64,000 nucleotides of DNA, taken from NCBI GenBank assembly GCA_903889565.1, contig CAISYC010000045.1, forward strand, positions 67,192-131,191, given 5' to 3'. Source of the DNA: an uncultured beta proteobacterium. Lineage in GTDB: Bacteria > Pseudomonadota > Gammaproteobacteria > Burkholderiales > SG8-41. Both the position numbers and the translations under genes were made by a program. This document shows, in pieces, positions 45,771 to 57,132 of this stretch; within the stretch, counting starts at the first letter, position 1, and each line of letters begins with the position of its first letter. The notes beneath the pieces are model-generated. The model had not been told where the DNA came from and did no database searches. It saw only the letters and a list, made by a program, of their open reading frames with translations.

Positions 45771-45879
45771 AGGTGACGAACTGCGCTTTACAAAGCGGTT
45801 CCGCGCGGGCATGATTAGCCTAACTCTAATTTAACCAATAAGTTAGCGAGCTATTTGAAAACGCTACCGGAGAACCGCC

Positions 45880-47100
45880 ATGGCAACCGCTACCGCTAAA
45901 AAAGACGTCAAGGAATTCGTCTACGCGTGGACCGGCACCGACAAGGCCGGTAAAACGATGCGCGGCGAGATGAAGGCGGGCGGCGAAGCCGTCGTCAACG
46001 CGCAGTTGCGTCGCCAGGGCATCAAGGTCGTCAAACTCAAAAAGGTTTCGACCGGCGGCGGCAAATCCATTTCCGACAAAGACATCACGCTGTTCACGCG
46101 CCAGCTCGCAACGATGCTCAAATCCGGCGTGCCGCTGCTGCAGGCCTTCGATATCGTCGGCAAAGGCCACAGCAACGCGTCGGTGCAAAAACTGCTGATG
46201 TCGATCAAGACCGATGTCGAAACCGGCTCCAGCCTGAAACAGGCGTTCGAAAAATTCCCGCTCTATTTCGATGCCCTGTTCTGCAACCTTGTCGGCGCCG
46301 GCGAACAGGCTGGTATTCTCGACAGCCTGCTCGACCGCCTTGCCACCTACAAGGAAAAAACGCAGGCGATCAAGGGCAAAATCAAATCGGCGTTGTTCTA
46401 TCCGATCGCGATTATCGCGGTCGCCTTTATCATCACCGCCGTGATCATGATCTTCGTGATCCCGGCGTTCAAAACGGTGTTCGCCAGTTTCGGCGCCGAC
46501 CTGCCGGGACCGACGCTGGTGGTGATGGCGATCTCGGATTTCTTCGTCAAATTCTGGTACCTGATATTCAGCATTATCGGCGGCGCGGTCTACGGTTTTC
46601 TCTATTCGTGGAAACGCTCGAAGGCGGTGCAGATCGTGATGGACAAGATCATGCTGCGCATGCCGATTTTCGGCGACCTCGTGCGCAAAGCGACCATCGC
46701 GCGCTGGACGCGCACGCTGGCCACGATGTTTGCCGCCGGCGTGCCGCTGGTCGAGGCGCTCGATTCGGTAGCCGGCGCGGCGGGCAACCACGAATACTGG
46801 GTCGGCACCAAGAAGATCCAGAGCGAAGTCGCAACCGGCTCCAGCCTGACGGTATCGATGCAGAACGTCGAACTCTTCCCCAATATGGTTTTGCAGATGG
46901 TCGCGATCGGCGAGGAAGCCGGCTCGCTTGACGGCATGCTCTCCAAGGTCGCCGACTTCTTCGAGGCCGAGGTGGATGACGCGGTCGAAGCGCTGTCGAG
47001 CCTGATGGAACCGATCATCATGGTGGTGCTCGGCACACTGATCGGCGGCATGGTCGTCGCCATGTACCTGCCGATCTTCAAGATGGGTTCGGCAGTCTGA
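45880..47100 (+). CDS. pilC: type IV pilus assembly platform protein PilC (T2SS protein F family)
   Basis: Duplicated GspF domains (FTRQLATMLKSGVPLLQAF / WTRTLATMFAAGVPLVEAL), followed by pilD. Confidence 0.9.
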   Translation: MATATAKKDVKEFVYAWTGTDKAGKTMRGEMKAGGEAVVNAQLRRQGIKVVKLKKVSTGGGKSISDKDITLFTRQLATMLKSGVPLLQAFDIVGKGHSNASVQKLLMSIKTDVETGSSLKQAFEKFPLYFDALFCNLVGAGEQAGILDSLLDRLATYKEKTQAIKGKIKSALFYPIAIIAVAFIITAVIMIFVIPAFKTVFASFGADLPGPTLVVMAISDFFVKFWYLIFSIIGGAVYGFLYSWKRSKAVQIVMDKIMLRMPIFGDLVRKATIARWTRTLATMFAAGVPLVEALDSVAGAAGNHEYWVGTKKIQSEVATGSSLTVSMQNVELFPNMVLQMVAIGEEAGSLDGMLSKVADFFEAEVDDAVEALSSLMEPIIMVVLGTLIGGMVVAMYLPIFKMGSAV

Positions 47101-47188
47101 AAAAAGTCAACGCGCGGAACACGTCGCAAGGCGGGGCGCCGCGCGACTTGCCGGCTCCGGCATACACCCACCTAGGGCGCAAACACCA

Positions 47189-48049
47189 ATGTCATTGCTG
47201 CAAGCGTTGCAAATCAATCCAGCGCTGTTCGTTGCGTTCGTCGCGCTCGCCTCGCTCGCCATCGGCAGTTTTCTGAACGTCGTGATTCACCGCATGCCGA
47301 AAATCATCGAGCGGCAGTGGCGCGCCGAAATGGCCGACGCCAACGGCCAGACGCTGCCCGAAGAGCCGCGCTACAACCTGATGGTGCCGCGCTCGCAATG
47401 CCCGGCCTGCGGCCACGCCATCAGCGCGCTGGAAAACATTCCGGTCATCAGTTATCTGGTGCTGCGCGGCAAGTGCGCCGGCTGCAAGGCGCCGATATCG
47501 CCGCGCTATCCGCTGGTCGAAGCAGCGACCGCCGTCATTTCGGGATTCATCGCCTGGCATTTCGGGTTCAACTGGACCACTGCCGCGGCGTTGTTGTTTG
47601 TGTGGTCGATGATCGCGCTCGCACTGATCGATCTTGATACTTTTTTCCTGCCGGACGACATCACGCTGCCGCTGCTGTGGGCCGGCTTGCTCATCAACAT
47701 GGGCGGCGTATTTGTCGATCTGCAATCGGCGGTCATCGGCGCCGTCGCCGGCTACCTGTCGTTATGGCTGGTTTACTGGGGCTTCAAGCTTGCCACCGGC
47801 AAGGAAGGCATGGGCTACGGCGATTTCAAGCTGCTTGCCGCAATCGGTGCCTGGCTGGGCTGGAAAATGCTGCCGCTCGTGATCCTGCTGTCGTCGTTCG
47901 TCGGCGCGCTCATCGGCGTCGGTCTGATCGTATTCGCCCGTCATGAACGCAACAATCCGATTCCTTTCGGCCCCTACCTGGTGATTGCCGGCGTGATCGC
48001 ATTGCTGTGGGGCGAGGCGATGACCCGCTATTACCTGCAAAGTCTGTAA
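47189..48049 (+). CDS. pilD: prepilin peptidase / N-methyltransferase (A24 family)
   Basis: CPACGH...CAGC zinc motif. Catalytic Asp contexts LIDLDT and GMGYGDFKL. Confidence 0.93.
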   Translation: MSLLQALQINPALFVAFVALASLAIGSFLNVVIHRMPKIIERQWRAEMADANGQTLPEEPRYNLMVPRSQCPACGHAISALENIPVISYLVLRGKCAGCKAPISPRYPLVEAATAVISGFIAWHFGFNWTTAAALLFVWSMIALALIDLDTFFLPDDITLPLLWAGLLINMGGVFVDLQSAVIGAVAGYLSLWLVYWGFKLATGKEGMGYGDFKLLAAIGAWLGWKMLPLVILLSSFVGALIGVGLIVFARHERNNPIPFGPYLVIAGVIALLWGEAMTRYYLQSL

Positions 48050-48051
48050 AC

Positions 48052-48666
48052 GTGCCGTTCGTGATTGCGCTCACCGGCGGCATCGGCAGCGGCAAGAGCA
48101 GTGTGGCCGATGTCTTTGCCGAGCTGGGCGCGACAGTCATTGACACCGATGCGATCGCCCACCGCCTGACCGCGCCGGGAAACCCGGGCGCGCGCGTCAT
48201 TGCCGAGCAATTCGGTGCGGCCTACCTGCGCGCCGACGGCGCACTCGACCGCGACCGCATGCGGGAACTCGTTTTTAACGACGCTGCTGCGAAAAAAAAG
48301 CTCGAAGGCCTGCTGCACCCTTTGATCCGCGCCGAAGTCGAAGTTGCAGTGCGCGCCGCGCAGGCGGCCTATGTGGTCATCGTCGTGCCGCTGCTCGTTG
48401 AAACCGGCGCCTATCGCGAACTCGCGCAACGCACCCTGGTGGTCGATTGCGACGAACAACAACAAATCGCGCGCGTCCGCCGGCGCAGCGGCCTCACCGA
48501 GGAAAGCATCCGGAAAATCATGGCCGCCCAAGCGAGCCGCGCCGAGCGTGTGGCCCGCGCCGACGATGTCATCGTCAATGATGCCGACCTCGCCACGCTG
48601 CGGCAGCGCAGCAACGCCCTTCACCAGCGCTATCTGGAACTCGCAGCGAACGCCCGAAAAAGCTGA
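48052..48666 (+). CDS. coaE: dephospho-CoA kinase
   Basis: ALTGGIGSGKS P-loop. GTG at 48052 is 2 nt after the pilD stop. Confidence 0.9.
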   Translation: MPFVIALTGGIGSGKSSVADVFAELGATVIDTDAIAHRLTAPGNPGARVIAEQFGAAYLRADGALDRDRMRELVFNDAAAKKKLEGLLHPLIRAEVEVAVRAAQAAYVVIVVPLLVETGAYRELAQRTLVVDCDEQQQIARVRRRSGLTEESIRKIMAAQASRAERVARADDVIVNDADLATLRQRSNALHQRYLELAANARKS

Positions 48667-48761
48667 GGCCGGGTTAAAAAACCCCACTGAAGTCTTTATT
48701 TTTGGGCGGTTTTGTAGAACAATTGGCCGCATTAATCACTTTCCGATAGTCCGCACTCGCC

Positions 48762-49517
48762 GTGATCAGTTACGAATACCCGTTGAGCGAGCGGATACGC
48801 ACCCTGTTGCGGCTCGAGGACTTGTACGAGCGGGTCCAATACTTCGCCGCCAAAGCGGACGCGCAGGAGCACCACGTCGCGCTACTATGCATTTTCGAAA
48901 TTCTCGAGGTTGCTGGCCGCGCCGATTTGAAATCCGATCTGCTACAGGAACTCGAACGCCAGAAGCACACGCTCGAAGCGCTGCGCGACAACCCGGAAAT
49001 TTCGCAGGAGGCGCTCGATGGCATTTTGTGGGAAATCGATCGCGTGTCCTCGCGACTGTTCCAGATGTCGGGCAAGATCGGTCAGGAACTTCGCGAAAAC
49101 GAATGGCTTATGAGCATCAAGCAGCGCACCAATATTCCGGGCGGCGTGTGTGAGTTCGACGTGCCCTCGTATCACTACTGGCTGCATCAAAGCGCCGAAC
49201 AACACCGCCACGATCTCGACGGCTGGCTGGCGCCCTTTCTGCCGATTCGCGACGGCATTGCAATCATGCTGCGGCTGTTGCGCGAAAGCGGCAAACTTTC
49301 CAACCAGACCGCAGTGCAGGGCGTCTACCAGCAAATGATGGCCGGCCGCGTCGCGCAGATGCTGCGCATCCGGTTGAGCCGCGATTACCCCTGCGTGCCC
49401 GAGATCAGCGCGAACAAGTACGCGCTGAACATCCGCTTTACCCTGCACGAAGGCGGCCAGCGCCCGCGGGTCATCGAATCGGATGTCGATTTCGAATTGA
49501 CCTTCTGCAACCTCTGA
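48762..49517 (+). CDS. zapD: cell division protein ZapD
   Basis: [20 protein letters not shown]... is typical of ZapD (DUF1342). Sits in the conserved coaE-zapD-yacG order. Confidence 0.85.
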   Translation: MISYEYPLSERIRTLLRLEDLYERVQYFAAKADAQEHHVALLCIFEILEVAGRADLKSDLLQELERQKHTLEALRDNPEISQEALDGILWEIDRVSSRLFQMSGKIGQELRENEWLMSIKQRTNIPGGVCEFDVPSYHYWLHQSAEQHRHDLDGWLAPFLPIRDGIAIMLRLLRESGKLSNQTAVQGVYQQMMAGRVAQMLRIRLSRDYPCVPEISANKYALNIRFTLHEGGQRPRVIESDVDFELTFCNL

Positions 49518-49530
49518 AGCGGCGGCGCGG

Positions 49531-49734
49531 ATGACGGTGCGCGTGGTCAATTGTCCGCAATGCGGCAAACCCGCGCGCTGGGATCCGACCAATTCTTTCC
49601 GCCCGTTTTGCTCGGAACGCTGCCGGCTGATCGATCTCGGTGCATGGGCGAACGAAAACTACCGCATACCGGTTTCAGACCCGGTCGAGGAAAGCGAACA
49701 GGACATTCCGGCGGATGATCGACCGCTGAACTAG
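49531..49734 (+). CDS. yacG: DNA gyrase inhibitor YacG (zinc finger)
   Basis: CPQCGK...[15 protein letters not shown] motif. Confidence 0.9.
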   Translation: MTVRVVNCPQCGKPARWDPTNSFRPFCSERCRLIDLGAWANENYRIPVSDPVEESEQDIPADDRPLN

Positions 49735-49744
49735 GCGGCTGCCT

Positions 49745-50698
49745 TCAGATTGTCGCTGCGCCCCAGGCGCCGCGCATCATCGCAATGCCATGCGCGCCAT
49801 GGCGCCGGGCGGCGTCAACATCGGCGGGCCGCATTCCGCCCAATGCAAATACCGGCAACGGGTAATCGCGGATCAAATCGGCAAATCGGTTCCAGCCCAA
49901 GGTCGCCGCCCCCGGATGACTCGGCGTCGGCGCAAGCGGACCCAGCACCACGAAATCCATGCCGAGTTCGCGTGCGCGCTGAAGTTCTGCGGCGTTGTGA
50001 CAAGAGGCGGCGCACCAGGCCAGCGCAGGTCGTTCGACCGATGACATCAACTGCGCAGCAGTCAGATGCACGCCGTCCGCGCCAACCGCTGTCGCGACAT
50101 TGGCGTTGCCATTGACCAGCACCTTCGCAGCGTGACGGTGGGCTATCGCGACCACTAATCCGGCAAATTCAAGAAGTGCATCGTCCGTCATCGTTTTTTT
50201 GCGAATCTGGATCAACCGCAGACCGCCCTGCAATGCCGATTCAAGGCGCGGCAGAAAGTTGTCGGTGCCGACTTCCGCCGCATTGGTAATGCCATAGACC
50301 CCGGGCAATTCGAGCCCGCGCAGAATCGGACCGTTTGCCGGCAACACCGGCGCGACATTGATGCGGGCGACGGTCTGCCATGCGAATTGCTGCTGCTCGC
50401 GCCCCTGCGGCTCGCCGCGCCATTGATAGACGCGAAAAAATCGAAGGCGCACCGAGGCGTGTTCGTAATCGTGATCGCGGGTGATCCATGGATACACCGT
50501 ATCGACCTCTAGACCGAGTTCCTCGTGCAATTCGCGCTTGAGGGCATCGGCGGCCGATTCGCCGGGCTCGACCTTGCCGCCGGGAAATTCCCAATAGCCG
50601 GCATAGACCTTGCCGGCGGGGCGTTGTGCGAGCAGAAACTCGCCGTTGGCGTTGAAGATGACCGCCGCAGCCACTTCGACGCGCTTGACCGACGTCAT
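49745..50698 (-). CDS. Nudix hydrolase (MutT-like) fused to a thiamine-phosphate-synthase-like (ThiE fold) domain
   Basis: Nudix box GGKVEPGESAADALKRELHEELG at the N-terminus. The C-terminal half has a TIM-like ThiE pattern (IQIRKK...HLT...ASCH...DFVVLGP). Confidence 0.8.
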   Translation of the reverse strand: MTSVKRVEVAAAVIFNANGEFLLAQRPAGKVYAGYWEFPGGKVEPGESAADALKRELHEELGLEVDTVYPWITRDHDYEHASVRLRFFRVYQWRGEPQGREQQQFAWQTVARINVAPVLPANGPILRGLELPGVYGITNAAEVGTDNFLPRLESALQGGLRLIQIRKKTMTDDALLEFAGLVVAIAHRHAAKVLVNGNANVATAVGADGVHLTAAQLMSSVERPALAWCAASCHNAAELQRARELGMDFVVLGPLAPTPSHPGAATLGWNRFADLIRDYPLPVFALGGMRPADVDAARRHGAHGIAMMRGAWGAATI

Positions 50699-50716
50699 GC
50701 CGCGCGTCGGATGTCG

Positions 50717-51592
50717 TTACTTGCCGCGCGCGGCGTGGGCGCGACCCGCCCAATCGCGCGCGAACTGCCACGCGACGCGACCGCTGCGCGACCCGCGCTG
50801 CAAGGCCCATTGCAATGCGGCGTGCCGCACCGGCTCGCTGGTGGCGCCGGTGATTTTGAAATAACCGAGCCACTGCGCGACGATCTCGAGATATTCGTCC
50901 TGATCGAACGGGTAGAACGACACCCACACGCCGAAGCGCTCCGACAGGGAAATCTTTTCTTCCACCGTCTCGCCGGGATGAATATCGTCGCCGACCGGCT
51001 TCGCCTCCAGATTGTCCGACATGTAGTCGGGCATCAGGTGGCGCCGGTTGGAGGTTGCATAGATCAGGCAGTTTTCGGAGGCCGCAGCCACCGAGCCGTC
51101 GAGCACGACTTTCAAAGCCTTGTAACCGGGTTCGTCGGCCTCAAAAGAAAGATCATCGCAATACAGGATGAAGCGTTCGGGCCGCGCCGCGATCTGTTCG
51201 ACGATTTCCGGCAGATCGACCAGATCCGCCTTCTCGACTTCGATTACGCGCAATCCGCGCGCGGCGAATTTATTCAGCAGCGCCTTGATCAGCGACGACT
51301 TGCCGGTGCCGCGCGAACCGGTCAGCAGCACGTTGTTGGCCGGGTAGCCCTCAACGAACTGGCGCGTGTTCTGCTCAACGATTTTTTTCTGGCGATCGAT
51401 GCCGCGCAGATCGGCAAGGCTGATCTTGTGCACATGATTGACCGCCTGAATGGCGCCCTGGCCGTTGCGCTTGCGCCAGCGAAAGGCGATCGATTTTTTC
51501 CAGTCGGTCGGCGCCGCTTCACCGGGCAGCAACTTTTCAAGGCGCGCAAGCACGCCCTCGGCGCGTTCGAATAATTTGTCGGTTGGGTTCAT
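50717..51592 (-). CDS. DUF815-type AAA ATPase
   Basis: Walker A LTGSRGTGKSS and Walker B ILYCDDLSF. Overall layout matches DUF815 proteins. Confidence 0.75.
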   Translation of the reverse strand: MNPTDKLFERAEGVLARLEKLLPGEAAPTDWKKSIAFRWRKRNGQGAIQAVNHVHKISLADLRGIDRQKKIVEQNTRQFVEGYPANNVLLTGSRGTGKSSLIKALLNKFAARGLRVIEVEKADLVDLPEIVEQIAARPERFILYCDDLSFEADEPGYKALKVVLDGSVAAASENCLIYATSNRRHLMPDYMSDNLEAKPVGDDIHPGETVEEKISLSERFGVWVSFYPFDQDEYLEIVAQWLGYFKITGATSEPVRHAALQWALQRGSRSGRVAWQFARDWAGRAHAARGK

Positions 51593-51617
51593 GGCCGGGA
51601 TTTTAACCGTCCCGGAC

Positions 51618-52853
51618 TCAGGACCGGTAGTCGGCGTTGATGCTGACGTAATCGTGCGACAGGTCGCAGGTCCACATTGTCACCGCATGGGCACCGCGGT
51701 TTAGCACGACGCGCACTGTGATTTCGCTTTGCTTCATTACGCGCTGCCCGTCCGCCTCCTGATACGCAGGATTGCGACCGCCGCCGCGCGCGACCAGCAC
51801 GTCATCGAGATAGAGATCAAGCCTGGAAACATCGAGGTCATCGATTCCGGCATAGCCGATGGCAGCAAGTATGCGGCCCAGATTCGGGTCGGATGCAAAA
51901 AACGCGGTCTTCACAAGCGGCGAGTGGCCGATCGCGAAGCCGACCTTGCGGCATTCGCCTTCGCTGGCGCCGCCGTCGATTTGCAGCGTGATGAATTTGG
52001 TTGCGCCCTCGCCGTCGCGCACGATGGCGCACGCGAGTTCACCGGCCACCTCGGCAACCGCATCGCGCAGGGCAGTGTATTGGGGACTTCCGCCATCGAC
52101 GATTTCGGGCATCGGCGCAGCACCGCTGGCGATCAACATGAAGCTGTCGTTGGTCGAAGTGTCGCCATCGACGGTGATCGCATTGAACGATTTATTGGCT
52201 GCGTGGGCGACCATTGTCTGCAGCAGGGGCAGGCTGACCACCGCATCGGTGGCGATATAGCCGAGCATGGTCGCCATGTTGGGATGTATCATTCCCGCGC
52301 CCTTGGCGATGCCGGTGATAGTGATTTTGTGCGTGCCGATCATGACCTGACGCGAAGCGGCTTTCGGCAGCGTATCGGTGGTCATGATGGCAAGCGCCGC
52401 GTTCAACCAGTTGTTGGCGCGCAGATCGGCGAGACAGGCGGGCAGGCCGGCACTGATGCGTTCGACCGGCAGCGGCTCCATGATGACACCGGTCGAGAAC
52501 GGCAGGATCTGCGCCGGATCGCATTTAAGCAAAGTCGCCAGATCGGCGCAGGTACGGCGGGCATCGGCCATGCCGGCGTCGCCGGTGCCGGCGTTGGCAT
52601 TGCCCGTATTCACCACCAGAGCGCGCACCTTGCCGTCTGCCGACAGTGCGAGGTGTTCGCGGGTGACGATGACCGGGGCCGCGCACATGCGGTTTTGCGT
52701 GAAAACGCCGGCGACGCGCCCGCCCGCCCGCAGCCTGATGACCAGCAGATCCTTGCGCTGCGATTTACGGATGCCGGCCTCGGCGATGCCGAGTTCAACG
52801 CCGGCCACCGGCGCCAGTGCGCCGGCTTCGGGTACTGTGAGATTTACCGCCAT
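51618..52853 (-). CDS. argJ: bifunctional glutamate N-acetyltransferase/amino-acid acetyltransferase
   Basis: NANAGTG, autoproteolysis site ATMLGYI and C-terminal INADYRS. Confidence 0.95.
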   Translation of the reverse strand: MAVNLTVPEAGALAPVAGVELGIAEAGIRKSQRKDLLVIRLRAGGRVAGVFTQNRMCAAPVIVTREHLALSADGKVRALVVNTGNANAGTGDAGMADARRTCADLATLLKCDPAQILPFSTGVIMEPLPVERISAGLPACLADLRANNWLNAALAIMTTDTLPKAASRQVMIGTHKITITGIAKGAGMIHPNMATMLGYIATDAVVSLPLLQTMVAHAANKSFNAITVDGDTSTNDSFMLIASGAAPMPEIVDGGSPQYTALRDAVAEVAGELACAIVRDGEGATKFITLQIDGGASEGECRKVGFAIGHSPLVKTAFFASDPNLGRILAAIGYAGIDDLDVSRLDLYLDDVLVARGGGRNPAYQEADGQRVMKQSEITVRVVLNRGAHAVTMWTCDLSHDYVSINADYRS

Positions 52854-52895
52854 GCCGCGTCCTCAGCGGGTCGAGAGTGCCGGTTCACCGCCGGC

Positions 52896-55622
52896 TCAAA
52901 CCAGTTTACCGTGGCAATACTTGTATTTCTTGCCGGAACCGCAGGGACAGGCATCATTGCGGCCGACTTTCTGGCCGCGCCGCACGAAGGTCTGCGCCGC
53001 GTCGGGCGCGGTTTCGCCCTCGGCATTCGCCTGTTCCAGCGCGACATCGTGATCGGCATGATGGAACTGCACGTTGGTCGGCGCCTGCGGTTCCTCGACC
53101 TTCTGCAACTCGGCCTCGCTGCGGAACTGCACCGTCATCAGCAGCCGCGTCACCTCGGTGTTGATCATTTCCAGCATCAGGCCGAACAGTTCGAAGGCTT
53201 CCTTCTTGTATTCCTGGGACGGGGTCTTCTGCGCATAGCTGCGCAGGTGGATGCCCTGGCGCAGATGATCGAGCGCAGCGAGATGCTCGCGCCAGTGCGA
53301 GTCGATACTCTGCAGCATGAGTGCGCGCTCGAACTGGCGGATTGCCGCGGCGTCGAGCCCGCCGACCTTGTCGGCGTACTTGCGGTCGGCGAATTCGACA
53401 ATGCGTTCGCGCAGTTTTTCCTCGTCGAGATTGCTGTCGTCGGCGAGCCACTGTTTGATCGGCAGTTCGAGCTGCAATTCCGCAACGAGCGTTTTCTCAA
53501 GACCGGGGATGTCCCACTGCTCTTCGAGGCTTTCGGGCACCACATGCTGCGAAATGAATGAATTGAGCACCTCGTGCCGGATCGAGGTAATGCGCTCCGA
53601 GATGTCGGTCGATTCGAGCAACTGATTGCGCGATTCGTAGATCGCCTTGCGCTGGTCGTTGGCGACGTCGTCGTATTCTAGGAGGTGCTTGCGCATGTCG
53701 AAGTTGCGCGCTTCGACCTTGCGCTGCGCGTTTTCGATTGCGCGCGTTACCCAAGGATGCTCGATCGCCTCGCCCTCGGGCATCTTCAGCCGCTGCATGA
53801 TCGACGCCACGCGGTCAGAGGCAAAAATGCGCAGCAGCGGATCTTCGAGCGACAAATAAAAGCGCGAGGAACCCGGATCGCCCTGGCGACCGGAGCGGCC
53901 GCGCAGCTGATTGTCGATACGGCGTGATTCGTGGCGTTCGGTCGCGATGATGTGCAGTCCGCCGGCAGCCACCACCTGATTGTGCAGCGCCTGCCAGTCA
54001 TGCCGGATCTGCTCGACGCGCTTCTGTTTCGCCGCCTCGTCAAGGCCCGCGTCCGCCAGCACCTTGGTGATTTCGGGCTCCGGATTACCGCCCAGCACGA
54101 TGTCGGTGCCGCGACCCGCCATGTTGGTGGCGATGGTGATCGTCTTCGGCCGCCCGGCCTGCACCACGATCTCCGCCTCGCGCGCGTGCTGCTTGGCGTT
54201 CAAGACGTTGTGCGGCAGTTTTTCTTTCTCCAGCATTTTCGAGACCAGCTCGGAATTTTCGATCGAGGTGGTACCGACCAGCACCGGCTGGTTGCGCGCA
54301 TAGCAATCCTTGATGTCCTTGATCACCGCAGTGTATTTCTCCTGCGCGGTCTGGTAGACCTGATCCATGCGGTCGTCGCGCACCATCGGATGGTGGGTCG
54401 GTATCACCACCGTCTCGAGGTTGTAAATCTGCTGGAATTCGTAAGCCTCGGTATCCGCGGTACCGGTCATACCGGCCAGCTTGTTGTACATGCGGAAATA
54501 GTTCTGGAACGTGATCGACGCGAGCGTCTGGTTTTCGCGCTGGATCGATACCCCCTCTTTCGCCTCGACCGCCTGGTGCAAGCCGTCGGACCAGCGCCGC
54601 CCCGGCATCAGTCGTCCGGTGAATTCGTCGACAATGATGACTTCGTCATCCTGCACCACGTAATTCTGGTCGCGGTGATAGAGCGAGGTTGCGCGCAATG
54701 CAGCGTAGAGGTGATGCATCAGGTTGATGTTGGACGGATCGTAGAGACTGCCGCCGTGGGGCAGCAATCCGGCCTCCGCGAGCAGCGCCTCGGCCCGCTC
54801 GTGTCCGGCCTCCGACAGCAGAACCTGGTGCTGCTTTTCGTCGACGCTGTAATCGCCGGGGCTTTCCTCATCCTTCTGGCGCGTCAGACGCGGCGCGATT
54901 TCATTCATGCGGTAATACAGTTCGGTCGTGTCTTCGGCCTGACCGGAGATGATCAGCGGTGTGCGCGCCTCGTCGATCAGGATCGAATCGACTTCGTCGA
55001 CGATGGCGTAATTGAGGGCGCGCTGGAACCGCTCGGAAGCCGCTGCCGCCATGTTGTCGCGCAGATAATCGAAGCCGAATTCGTTGTTGGTGCCGTAGGT
55101 GATATCGGCCGCGTAGGCGCCTTGTTTGTCGGCGTGGTCCATTTGCGAAAGAATCACGCCGACGGTCAACCCCAGAAACCCGTAGACACGCCCCATCCAC
55201 TCGGAGTCGCGTTTAGCCAGATAGTCGTTGACGGTGACGACATGCACGCCCTTGCCGGACAGCGCGTTAAGATAAGCCGGCAGCGTTGCCACCAGCGTCT
55301 TGCCCTCGCCTGTGCGCATTTCGCCGATCTTGCCTTCGTGCAGCGCGATCCCGCCGATCATCTGCACGTCGAAATGGCGCATCTTCAGCACACGCTTGCC
55401 GGCTTCGCGGACCACCGCAAAGGCTTCCGGCAGCATGCTGTCTAGCGTTTCGCCGTTGCCGTAACGCTGCTTGAACTCGGCGGTTTTGGCTTTCAACTCA
55501 TCGTCCGTGAGCTTCGAAATTTCCGGCTCCAGGGCGTTGATCGCACGCACCGATTGCGAGTACTGCCGCAGCAGCCTGTCATTGCGGCTGCCGAAAAGCT
55601 TTTTAAGCAAACCTGTAACCAT
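52896..55622 (-). CDS. secA: preprotein translocase ATPase SecA
   Basis: MRTGEGKTL Walker A, the [19 protein letters not shown] motif and a C-terminal zinc motif [14 protein letters not shown]. Confidence 0.98.
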   Translation of the reverse strand: MVTGLLKKLFGSRNDRLLRQYSQSVRAINALEPEISKLTDDELKAKTAEFKQRYGNGETLDSMLPEAFAVVREAGKRVLKMRHFDVQMIGGIALHEGKIGEMRTGEGKTLVATLPAYLNALSGKGVHVVTVNDYLAKRDSEWMGRVYGFLGLTVGVILSQMDHADKQGAYAADITYGTNNEFGFDYLRDNMAAAASERFQRALNYAIVDEVDSILIDEARTPLIISGQAEDTTELYYRMNEIAPRLTRQKDEESPGDYSVDEKQHQVLLSEAGHERAEALLAEAGLLPHGGSLYDPSNINLMHHLYAALRATSLYHRDQNYVVQDDEVIIVDEFTGRLMPGRRWSDGLHQAVEAKEGVSIQRENQTLASITFQNYFRMYNKLAGMTGTADTEAYEFQQIYNLETVVIPTHHPMVRDDRMDQVYQTAQEKYTAVIKDIKDCYARNQPVLVGTTSIENSELVSKMLEKEKLPHNVLNAKQHAREAEIVVQAGRPKTITIATNMAGRGTDIVLGGNPEPEITKVLADAGLDEAAKQKRVEQIRHDWQALHNQVVAAGGLHIIATERHESRRIDNQLRGRSGRQGDPGSSRFYLSLEDPLLRIFASDRVASIMQRLKMPEGEAIEHPWVTRAIENAQRKVEARNFDMRKHLLEYDDVANDQRKAIYESRNQLLESTDISERITSIRHEVLNSFISQHVVPESLEEQWDIPGLEKTLVAELQLELPIKQWLADDSNLDEEKLRERIVEFADRKYADKVGGLDAAAIRQFERALMLQSIDSHWREHLAALDHLRQGIHLRSYAQKTPSQEYKKEAFELFGLMLEMINTEVTRLLMTVQFRSEAELQKVEEPQAPTNVQFHHADHDVALEQANAEGETAPDAAQTFVRRGQKVGRNDACPCGSGKKYKYCHGKLV

Positions 55623-55680
55623 CGTTATTCAGTCAAATTAGGCGCAGCCGCCACGCCGCGAATCGAAGCCAGCAAACCCT

Positions 55681-55714
55681 CAAACAAAAAGGGGTGGGGA
55701 AACACCCCACCCCC
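55681..55714 (-). terminator. intrinsic terminator after the M23 peptidase gene
   Basis: GGGGTGGGG-AAACA-CCCCACCCC forms a 9-bp GC stem. On the minus strand it is followed by TTTTTGTTTG, 23 nt downstream of the stop. Confidence 0.85.
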
Positions 55715-55736
55715 TTCTGCGTCGTGTTCGAATTCG

Positions 55737-56654
55737 TCAGCCGGGCAACCGCAGGAATCGCACCGGGTTGAGCGGAGCCCCGTTTTCCCTTACTTCAAAA
55801 TGCAGATGGGGCCCGGTCGAGCGCCCGGTAGAGCCAACCGCCCCGACCACGCCGCCGCTCAATACCACGTCGCCGTTCTTGACCAAGCGTTTGGACAGAT
55901 GCGCATAGCGCGTTATCAGTCCGTTGCCGTGATCAATCTCGACCATATTACCATATTGGGAGTGCAAATCAGAGTAGATGACCATGCCGCCCGCAGCCGC
56001 GTGCGCCGGCGTACCCGTCTCGGCCATGAAATCCATGCCTTCATGAAATGCGCGCACGCCGGTGATCGGATCAATGCGCCAGCCGAAGTTCGACGAATAC
56101 CAACCGCCCTCGATCGGCAGGACCGAAGGCAGCAGTTTTTTCTTGGCGCTGTCGACAATCATCAACGAATCGAGAATGCCGAGCTTCTCGGTGCGGTCAT
56201 CCATCTGCTTGGTCAGCAGATTGATCTGCTGGGTCAGTTCACCCATCGACAAATCGTAGGTGGGCAGACTTGAAACGGCACCGCCGCGGCCCGGCGCCTG
56301 GTCAAACATGAATTCCTGCGGCTTGAACCCGGCGGTCTTCGCCAGTCGCTCGCCCAAGGTGTCGAGGCGCAGAAGTTGCGCCTGCATCTGGCCGAGTTTG
56401 GCAGCCATCGCATTGAGGTTCTCTCGCAGATAGCTCTGTACTTTTTCGTTCTGCTCGTGCTGAACGCTTAGAATAAGCGAGTTGAGCAACGGGCTGTTCA
56501 GGTTGGGCGCATAGCGCAAAACGACCCACTGGATACAGAATGCCACCACCAGCACGGACACTGCTGCGGCCAGCACGCCTGCCACCAAATGGTGCACGGT
56601 AAGCGTAATGGTGCGCGCCTTCGAGAGTTTTCCGGAAACTAGAATAATGTTCAT
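55737..56654 (-). CDS. M23-family metallopeptidase (membrane-anchored, coiled-coil linker)
   Basis: HEGMDF...GTP, HSQYGNMVEIDHG and GSTGRSTGPHLHFEV motifs. N-terminal TM helix. ATG at 56654. Confidence 0.9.
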   Translation of the reverse strand: MNIILVSGKLSKARTITLTVHHLVAGVLAAAVSVLVVAFCIQWVVLRYAPNLNSPLLNSLILSVQHEQNEKVQSYLRENLNAMAAKLGQMQAQLLRLDTLGERLAKTAGFKPQEFMFDQAPGRGGAVSSLPTYDLSMGELTQQINLLTKQMDDRTEKLGILDSLMIVDSAKKKLLPSVLPIEGGWYSSNFGWRIDPITGVRAFHEGMDFMAETGTPAHAAAGGMVIYSDLHSQYGNMVEIDHGNGLITRYAHLSKRLVKNGDVVLSGGVVGAVGSTGRSTGPHLHFEVRENGAPLNPVRFLRLPG

Positions 56655-56677
56655 GGTTGCACCACAATCCCCATCCA

Positions 56678-57118
56678 ATGCCGGCGCGTAAACTCGACTT
56701 CTATTTCAGCTCAACTGAACCGTTGCGCAATCTCGCTCAAGCGGCGCGACAACTCGATGATTTGCAGAAGATTTTCGCAAACATCGCGCCGTCAGCGCTG
56801 GCGCAAGCCTGTTGCGTCAAACAATTCAGTGCCGGAGTCCTCTGCCTGTTGGCGAACAATGCGGCCGTAGCCACCCAACTCAAGCAACTTTCCCCCAGGC
56901 TGCTCGCCGGCTACCAGAAACAGGGGAGGCAGGTTACTTCAATACGAATTGAAGTGCAAGTTACGAACCCCGCCCCCCGAGCTGCGACCCAAGCCGAAAA
57001 AAAGGCCTTAAGCCTTGATTCTATTAAAAATATAAAAGATCTTGCCGAACAACTCGAGGCGTCGCCGCTGAAGGAGGCCCTGCTCCGGCTGGCCGGCCGG
57101 CGTGATGCCGGCCCTTAA
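56678..57118 (+). CDS. dciA: DUF721/DciA-like protein
   Basis: Sequence pattern CCVKQFSAGVLCLLANNAAVATQLKQL is typical of DUF721. Position between secA and lpxC is conserved in proteobacteria. ATG at 56678 is preferred over the track TTG at 56657. Confidence 0.6.
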   Translation: MPARKLDFYFSSTEPLRNLAQAARQLDDLQKIFANIAPSALAQACCVKQFSAGVLCLLANNAAVATQLKQLSPRLLAGYQKQGRQVTSIRIEVQVTNPAPRAATQAEKKALSLDSIKNIKDLAEQLEASPLKEALLRLAGRRDAGP

Positions 57119-57132
57119 ATCCGCTCAGCCGA

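Noticed and set aside
49745-50200. C-terminal ThiE-like domain of the Nudix fusion as a bona fide thiamine-phosphate synthase
   Set aside because: The fold-level resemblance alone does not justify naming thiE. This Nudix-ThiE-like fusion is a recurrent betaproteobacterial architecture of unclear function, so it is left generic.
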